Source: Nanobdellota archaeon
GTDB taxonomy: Archaea; Nanobdellota; Nanobdellia; Woesearchaeales; UBA9642
DNA length: 64,000 nt
Direction of reading: 5' to 3'
Assembly: GCA_021813435.1 (NCBI GenBank)
Contig: JAKAKR010000004.1
Coordinates: 120,972 to 184,971, forward strand
Shown in pieces: positions 57,796 through 64,000 of this stretch. The stretch's first letter is position 1, and the number at the start of each line of letters is the position of its first letter. Under the pieces are notes generated by a model, which worked only from the letters and a program-made list of their open reading frames with translations, searched no databases and was not told the origin of the DNA. The position numbers were made by a program, and so were the translations under genes.

Positions 57796-58752
57796 ATGGA
57801 ACTTCGCAAAGATTATGTCCTGAATCGTTATGTGATTGTCGCGCCCGTACGGGGCAGCAGACCGTATGATTTCAGCCAGAAGATTTTTGACGATCAATCT
57901 GAAAAAGTGTGCTATTTCTGTCCGGGCAATGAACAGCTCGCTTCAGCAGAAAAAGGACATATCGGCGAGCCTTGGAAGATCCGCTGGTTTGACAATAAAT
58001 ATCCCGCGCTTGAACCGACAGGAAAATCAGTCATCACAACTGACAATACGTTCTTCACGTTCTCTGATGCGTACGGGTACCACGAGGTTATCGTCGAGAC
58101 CAATGAGCATTGGAAACAGCTTTTTGATTTTAGCGAACGGGACATGAAGGAATTGCTCGAAGTCTACAAGCAGCGCATCGAGGATTTATCCGCAAAAGAG
58201 CATATCGCTTATGTCCATGTCTTCAAGAATCACGGACGGGAAGCAGGAACATCAATCCGGCACACGCACACGCAGATCATGGCACTCAATCATATCCCGC
58301 ATCTCATCGCTGAAGAGCTCGCGGCAGTCGCAGCGTATGAGCGTTGCCCGTATTGCGACATCCTCAATATCGAGAAGACATCGCATCGACGCTGTTTTGA
58401 GAATGCCGGTTTTGTCGCATTCACTCCCTATGCATCGCGATTCAATTATGAACTGTGGATCTTTCCCAAGAAACATTATCTTTCCATCACTGAACTTGAC
58501 GGTTATGAACTTTTTGAACTTGCAGATATCCTCAAGAAGGCGCTCCTCAAACTCCGCGACGTCAATGTCTCCTATAATCTTTTCATCCATAATTCTCCTC
58601 AACCTTACATTGGAAGCGGAAAACGGGGATTGCACTTCCATATCGAGATCACTCCTCGCATTGACTTATGGGGAGGATTTGAGCACGGTTCAGAAAGTTA
58701 TATCAACCGGATCACTCCTGAAGACGCTGCGCGATTCTACCGTGGAGAATAA
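57796..58752 (+). CDS. GalT-like HIT-family nucleotidyltransferase (hexose-1-phosphate uridylyltransferase or ADP-glucose phosphorylase type)
   Basis: CYFCPGNE Zn site, HTHTQIMAL (HxHxQ active site). Confidence 0.7.
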   Translation: MELRKDYVLNRYVIVAPVRGSRPYDFSQKIFDDQSEKVCYFCPGNEQLASAEKGHIGEPWKIRWFDNKYPALEPTGKSVITTDNTFFTFSDAYGYHEVIVETNEHWKQLFDFSERDMKELLEVYKQRIEDLSAKEHIAYVHVFKNHGREAGTSIRHTHTQIMALNHIPHLIAEELAAVAAYERCPYCDILNIEKTSHRRCFENAGFVAFTPYASRFNYELWIFPKKHYLSITELDGYELFELADILKKALLKLRDVNVSYNLFIHNSPQPYIGSGKRGLHFHIEITPRIDLWGGFEHGSESYINRITPEDAARFYRGE

Positions 58753-59013
58753 CACTATAGCATCATATTGCATCACTATTACATCGCTCCACTTTCGAAC
58801 GCGCATAACCGACTGTGTTGACATCATTTGAATACTAATGGTTTGCACGCTCACATTGCAAGTATGTTCGTGTTGTTATCCGAGTTATTATTACCCGTAA
58901 TGATGCCTAAAGGTTCGCTAGGTGCAAACGCAATCTGCTATGATGTCAACACAGCTCGCATAACCATAACTGTTTTAAACAAGAACACACCGCATATTGA
59001 ATGGTGATCACTC

Positions 59014-60006
59014 ATGAAGATTGTTATTCCCGTCGCCGGATTTGGGACGCGGTTAAAGCCGCATACATTCACAAAGCCAAAGCCGCTCTTGCATGTCGCA
59101 GGAAAGACAGTTCTCGAGCATGTCCTTGACAGCCTGAAAGAATTGGAATTTGATGAGGTGATATTCATCACCGGCCATCTGAAGGAGAAGATTGAGGCAT
59201 TCATGAAGGACCGCTATGCCTTCAAATGCACGTTCATCGAGCAGAAGGTGCGGGATGGCACTGCAGGCGCAATACGATTAACAGAATCCATCGTGAGTGG
59301 CGAGGAACTCCTCATTGTCTACGCTGATACGATATTCGAAGCGGATTTTGACATAGTAAAGAAAGCGCATGCGGATGCCGATGTCCAGGGGATCATCTGG
59401 GTAAAAGAAGTTGAGGATTATCAGCGATTCGGGGTCGCAGTGCTCGATGCGCAGGGATTCATGACAAAGTTTGTCGAGAAGCCCGACACGCCGATCTCAA
59501 AACTTGCAAATATCGGGGTCTATTATATCAAGGATTCAACATTGCTCTTTGCAGGAATAAATCATATCTATACCAGAAAGATCACCACCAAGGGCGAATT
59601 CTTTCTGACCGATGCAATCCAATACATGATCGACCACGGCGCAAAAATCAAGACCGCGCCGGTCAAGGGATGGTATGATTGCGGAGCATTCGGCACACTT
59701 CTTGAGACTAACCGGATACTGCTTGAAAAAAATCACCCGCATAAGTCAAAGCCGGAAAACAGCGTCATTGTCGATCCGGTATTTATCGACGATGATGTGG
59801 TGATCGATCATTCTATTATCGGACCGAACGTCTCCATTGCAAAAGGCTGCGAGATAAAAAATTCCATTGTGAGAAACTCGATCATCGACACTGATGCAAC
59901 GCTGGACAATATCAATATCATCAACTCGACCATCGGAGCGCATGCGGTTGCTGCCGGATCATCAAAGAAGATGAATATCGGTGATTCATCAGAGGTACGA
60001 CAATAG
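59014..60006 (+). CDS. sugar-1-phosphate nucleotidyltransferase (NDP-glucose pyrophosphorylase) with C-terminal left-handed beta-helix
   Basis: IPVAGFGTRLKPHTFTKPKPLLHVAGK signature; hexapeptide repeats in C-terminal third. Confidence 0.85.
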   Translation: MKIVIPVAGFGTRLKPHTFTKPKPLLHVAGKTVLEHVLDSLKELEFDEVIFITGHLKEKIEAFMKDRYAFKCTFIEQKVRDGTAGAIRLTESIVSGEELLIVYADTIFEADFDIVKKAHADADVQGIIWVKEVEDYQRFGVAVLDAQGFMTKFVEKPDTPISKLANIGVYYIKDSTLLFAGINHIYTRKITTKGEFFLTDAIQYMIDHGAKIKTAPVKGWYDCGAFGTLLETNRILLEKNHPHKSKPENSVIVDPVFIDDDVVIDHSIIGPNVSIAKGCEIKNSIVRNSIIDTDATLDNINIINSTIGAHAVAAGSSKKMNIGDSSEVRQ

Positions 60007-60122
60007 TTTTGCTATAGTTTTGCACTATTCGTATGACGGTACTGGAATATCCTGCACTGACATAACTTACTACCATACATTACTACCATAAATTATACTA
60101 TTCGATAACGTGTAGACGGCTC

Positions 60123-62129
60123 ATGAAACTCTCTTTTGAACTGGGAAAAAGCAGTCTCTCTGTCGCAAAAGACACTGCACTCCTGCAGGAACGTCATGCA
60201 CTGCTGTTTCTTGCGCATCCTGCCGGGCAGTATATTGCGCTTCCTTTTGCAGGAACAAGCGCAACCCAGTTTCAGGGATATCATACTGTCTGTTATACCC
60301 GCACTGCGCAGAACTATCTTCTCTATAAGACAGTCGAGGACCTGCATATCGATGCAGCGCTTACGAAAGTCGTGCATGGATTGGATTTCTTTGAACGGCA
60401 CTACACAAAAAAAATCTCTGAGCGATTCACCCTCACGAAGGATGCACTCCTCTACACACTCAAAAATTATTCAGGTATAATCACTGTCGAATTGGATTTT
60501 CGCAGGATATTTGATCATCCGGAATTCGGCCGCATCTATGCAGTGTATCCTGCAGAACACGAAGATGATTGTATCATCGTCGAATACACGCAGTACACTG
60601 GTGATGATCTTAAGGATGTTGCGCAAAAGATGTATCTTGCAATCAAGGGCGTAACGCAATTTACGCATAATCCTTCATGGATAAAAAAACAGTACTCTTA
60701 TGATGCATCGCGCGGTACGCAAAGCGAATTCTATGTCTACGATGGATTGCGCATCACCTGCAGGAAGAATCTCTTACTTGCATTCGGATGCGCTGATGAC
60801 AAATCCGAAGCGCAAAAGAAGGCTGCACGCGCCTTTGATGCATCAACACTGACCACCCGACAGCATAAAGAGTATGTTGAGACTGTGCTATCAAAGAAAC
60901 TCCGTATTGCGCAGTATGCCGGAACTCCTGTCGCATTCGCGTACGCCTCAAGTATTGCAACACTCACCAGTCTCTGGACAACGGTTCTTCTCGACGGGAA
61001 AAAGATCTCTGGCCTGTGGGCAGGGCTTCCGTGGTTTTTTCAGTATTGGTCGCGGGATGAATTGGTATCGCTCTACGCCCTGATGCTTGAAGGGCACTAT
61101 CATGACGCAAAACAGGTATTATTGCAGCAGCTGCAGCGCTTAGGAAAGGATGGGCGATTGCAGAATATCGCGCCAGGCGCAAATCTTGCAAGCACACTGG
61201 GCAGCGCTGATGCCGCAGGATGGCTCTTCAAGCGCATCGATGATTATCTTGGACTTCTTGAATCGCGCGATGAATTCGACAAGACATTCACACTTGCAGA
61301 GATAACCTACCTGCGCAATAATCTTTCCCATGCAATCGATGCGCTCCTGCGTGAACATGCGTCTGACGGGCTTATACAGAATGCGGCACTCGAGACATGG
61401 ATGGATACCTATTACCACAACGGCGATTATTCTGCGGATTTTCGTGATGGCGAGCGCATCGAGATCCAGGCATTGTTTCTTGCAATGCTCCGGTTGATGA
61501 ATAAACTCGAGTATCTGACTGCAAATAAGATGGTGAAAAAAAAGAATGTATTGGTAAAGATTATGCAATCACCGTACGCTGCACTGGAAGAGGAATTCCG
61601 GAACCGTGTCCGCAAGAGATTTCTTGCAACGCATGACAGCGCGCTCTATCTGCATGATGCCGCAGGAGGAGAATATTATGATGTGATGCGCCCCAATATT
61701 TTTCTTGCCTATTACCTGTATCCTGCGCTGTTGTCGGATACTGAATGGGAACAGGTCTTTGACCGCGCGCTTGAACGTTTATGGTGTGAATGGGATATCG
61801 GTGGCGGGATTTCGACAATCGACAAGTCGCATCCGCTCTACTCTGGACAGTATACTGGACAGGACAATAAGAGTTATCATCGCGGAGACAGCTGGTTCTA
61901 TACTAATAATATCGCAGCGCTATGCCTGCACCGATTGAATCAGAAAAAATACGCTGCCTTTATCAAGAAGATTCTTGCTGCATCAACTGAAGACATCCTT
62001 TACTCCGGATTTATCGGCGCAGCTTCAGAACTCAGCAGCTCTGCAGCGTACAAGCCCGGCGGATGCTTTGCACAGACCTGGAGCATTGCAACCTATATCG
62101 AACTTGTGCATGAAATGTTTATTGAATAA
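60123..62129 (+). CDS. glycogen debranching enzyme-like (amylo-alpha-1,6-glucosidase / GDE C-terminal (alpha/alpha)6 domain)
   Basis: GLPWFFQYWSRDELVSL, GDSWFYTNN motifs typical of GDE_C barrel. Confidence 0.75.
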   Translation: MKLSFELGKSSLSVAKDTALLQERHALLFLAHPAGQYIALPFAGTSATQFQGYHTVCYTRTAQNYLLYKTVEDLHIDAALTKVVHGLDFFERHYTKKISERFTLTKDALLYTLKNYSGIITVELDFRRIFDHPEFGRIYAVYPAEHEDDCIIVEYTQYTGDDLKDVAQKMYLAIKGVTQFTHNPSWIKKQYSYDASRGTQSEFYVYDGLRITCRKNLLLAFGCADDKSEAQKKAARAFDASTLTTRQHKEYVETVLSKKLRIAQYAGTPVAFAYASSIATLTSLWTTVLLDGKKISGLWAGLPWFFQYWSRDELVSLYALMLEGHYHDAKQVLLQQLQRLGKDGRLQNIAPGANLASTLGSADAAGWLFKRIDDYLGLLESRDEFDKTFTLAEITYLRNNLSHAIDALLREHASDGLIQNAALETWMDTYYHNGDYSADFRDGERIEIQALFLAMLRLMNKLEYLTANKMVKKKNVLVKIMQSPYAALEEEFRNRVRKRFLATHDSALYLHDAAGGEYYDVMRPNIFLAYYLYPALLSDTEWEQVFDRALERLWCEWDIGGGISTIDKSHPLYSGQYTGQDNKSYHRGDSWFYTNNIAALCLHRLNQKKYAAFIKKILAASTEDILYSGFIGAASELSSSAAYKPGGCFAQTWSIATYIELVHEMFIE

Positions 62130-62194
62130 TCATCTGTCGAATCTATTGAATAATGTAATATCGAATAATTTAAAAAACATCTTCTGTTTCTCTG

Positions 62195-63247
62195 GTGATG
62201 GAGCGTCCTATTGCCGATCCTCTTGATCCAAAATTACACTCTCTGCTTGAAGAGTCACAAAGAATATACCTGCAGCATTTCGATAATTCCTGTTCTTTTG
62301 AGCGTGCAATCTTTATCAGTTGGTACTGTTCAAAAGCTGACTGCAAGTTCTGCTACATGAGTACGCAAAAAGGGAAAATAAAGAATGTGCCGCTCGGTCT
62401 TGCAAAGCGTAGGCCTGAATCGCTCATCACTGAAGCACTGCTCTGCAGGGAGCTCGGATGGAATATTGAGTTCCTGAGCGGCGGATACGATGCCTACACT
62501 TCTGACGAACTCGTGGATCTTATCAAGAAGATTGCTGCAGCCTATGGAAAAAAATTGTGGCTCAATATCGGGATTCTGACTGATTCCCAGATGGATCGCG
62601 TGCAACCGTATGTTGAGGGTATCTGCGGCTCACTCGAGACGCTCAATCCTGTGTTGCATGACGAGATGTGCCCCAGTAAGCCCCTCGGGCCATTGATTGG
62701 TCTTCTGGAACGTGCACGAAAAAAAGGGTTCAAGACCGGGATAACGCTCATTGTAGGGTTGGGAGAGACCATTGATGATTTTGCGCTGCTTGAATCATTT
62801 GCCCAAACGCATCCCATTGATCGCGTCACTTTTTATCGGTTGAATCCTCATCCTGGAACACCATTTACCGCCGGCCCTTCGACTGCATATTATAGTGAAT
62901 GGATTGCACGGACAAGGATTGCATTTCCTCATCTGGAGATCATTGCCGGCTCATGGGTCGACAAAATCGAAGAGATCCATCTCTTATTGCGTGCAGGCGC
63001 AAATCATATCACTAAATTCCCTTCAACAGGGCTCTTTAATACCTCTTTTGCGCGTCGCATTGAAACAGAGATACAACAGGCAGGAAGAATATTTCACGGT
63101 ACGCTTACTGTCCTCCCTGCCAAGGATTGGGATGCGATAGCCCGCGATCTTGATCCTGCGCTATTTGATGAAAAACTCAAGAAAAAAATACTTCTCAAAG
63201 TGCAAAGTTATCTTGACATGATGCGTTCAAATGCCGCAGATTCCTGA
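62195..63247 (+). CDS. radical SAM protein, BioB/HydE-like
   Basis: CSKADCKFCYMS (Cx3Cx2C) near N-terminus, TIM-barrel-length protein. Confidence 0.65.
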   Translation: MMERPIADPLDPKLHSLLEESQRIYLQHFDNSCSFERAIFISWYCSKADCKFCYMSTQKGKIKNVPLGLAKRRPESLITEALLCRELGWNIEFLSGGYDAYTSDELVDLIKKIAAAYGKKLWLNIGILTDSQMDRVQPYVEGICGSLETLNPVLHDEMCPSKPLGPLIGLLERARKKGFKTGITLIVGLGETIDDFALLESFAQTHPIDRVTFYRLNPHPGTPFTAGPSTAYYSEWIARTRIAFPHLEIIAGSWVDKIEEIHLLLRAGANHITKFPSTGLFNTSFARRIETEIQQAGRIFHGTLTVLPAKDWDAIARDLDPALFDEKLKKKILLKVQSYLDMMRSNAADS

Positions 63248-63324
63248 TTACAGTCGTTGAATGATCTTCTGCGCTGCATATATGCATTGGCGCTACACCA
63301 TACACTGGTTTGCGCATTATTCTC

Positions 63325-63996
63325 CTAAAACTTCCATCCCTGGTTGAGGCTTTTGGTGTTTCCTTCATGCCATTCATGCTTTGGCGCAGTCTTTGTGGAT
63401 GTATTGCCGAGCGTCACCCGTTTGAATTGGGGATAGTATTCCTTGTGCGTGTTATACCCTTCACTTGCTTTACTCATCTGTATGAATTGCCAGATTGCAA
63501 GGGCGAGGAATCCGAATGCGATGCTGATGGTCCATGTCTGGAGATTGAGCAGGAACATTGCAAAGGGGAAGAGGAGTGCAATCCAGACCAGTACAAATCC
63601 GATGAATGCGCGGTTCATGATCTGCTTGCTCTCGAAGACGCTCTTGGTATTGGTCGTGTTTGATAGGATCTCGCTGAATGAGTGGATAATCCTGTGGAGT
63701 CGGAGGAGCATCATGAATATCAATAAGCCGATAGCTCCCAATATGGTGATGTATGCGATTTCATTTACGATGCTACTGGTGTATGCTGCGACAAATGGCG
63801 AGGCTGCCCTCCATCCGAAGATTGCAAGCAGTGTGAACAGTGCATAGAGCAGTGTTACGAGGACATTCTTTTTCAGGCCGCGACTGTACTTGCTCTCTAA
63901 GTCCATCTCTTCAGAGATTGTCTTGATATAGTTTGAAAAATTGTCGAATTTCTTTCTGATTGCAAAGGGAATGGTCTCCTTCGTCGGTTCATACAA
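63325..63996 (-). CDS. integral membrane protein (hypothetical)
   Basis: multiple hydrophobic helices; unknown family. Confidence 0.4.
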   Translation of the reverse strand: MYEPTKETIPFAIRKKFDNFSNYIKTISEEMDLESKYSRGLKKNVLVTLLYALFTLLAIFGWRAASPFVAAYTSSIVNEIAYITILGAIGLLIFMMLLRLHRIIHSFSEILSNTTNTKSVFESKQIMNRAFIGFVLVWIALLFPFAMFLLNLQTWTISIAFGFLALAIWQFIQMSKASEGYNTHKEYYPQFKRVTLGNTSTKTAPKHEWHEGNTKSLNQGWKF

Positions 63997-64000
63997 TCTG

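Noticed and set aside
1-64000. rRNA genes or additional tRNAs
   Set aside because: No long structured GC-rich non-coding stretch compatible with 16S, 23S or 5S rRNA. Only one clear cloverleaf (tRNA-Cys) was found by eye. Others may exist, but none was convincing without a tool.

Overview
Archaeal chromosomal segment: Topo VI A/B, archaeal-type DnaG, Rio kinase + KH protein, archaeal/eukaryal-type GlyRS, Trm11, TrmI, DhnA-type aldolase, four TrmB-family regulators, and a tRNA without encoded CCA. Conserved housekeeping genes are interspersed with AT-rich accessory patches. Main points: (1) a complete diversity-generating retroelement (DGR) at ~45.0-47.5 kb. It has a DGR-type reverse transcriptase (LGNFTSQ motif, YVDD) and a 92-nt template/variable repeat pair whose 9 mismatches all sit at template adenines. 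The target ORF has an Asn-codon-rich variable region, and a MNT/HEPN pair lies next to it. (2) The cysteinyl-tRNA synthetase gene is split into two separately initiated ORFs by a ~1 kb insertion that encodes a Zn-ribbon + PD-(D/E)xK nuclease in a third frame. (3) A hydC-hydB-hydA trimeric (bifurcating-type) [FeFe]-hydrogenase operon, preceded by a 45-aa Cys-rich micro-ORF. (4) A glycogen metabolism cluster with a eukaryotic-type GT3 glycogen synthase, GT4 transferase, GH57, debranching enzyme, NDP-sugar pyrophosphorylase and a GalT-like protein. Embedded in it are two paralogous unknown proteins sharing an 'NDFANWI' domain. (5) Four TrmB paralogs; three share a TTTCCCT-N3-GGGG operator-like motif next to their TATA boxes. 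(6) A GC-rich candidate structured ncRNA with its own TATA box upstream of dnaG. (7) An AT-rich two-gene island whose first product carries an archaeal VapB-like (COG1753-type) antitoxin domain fused to an unknown domain. No rRNA and no CRISPR array were seen. All calls rest on motif recognition by eye; no database searches were run.
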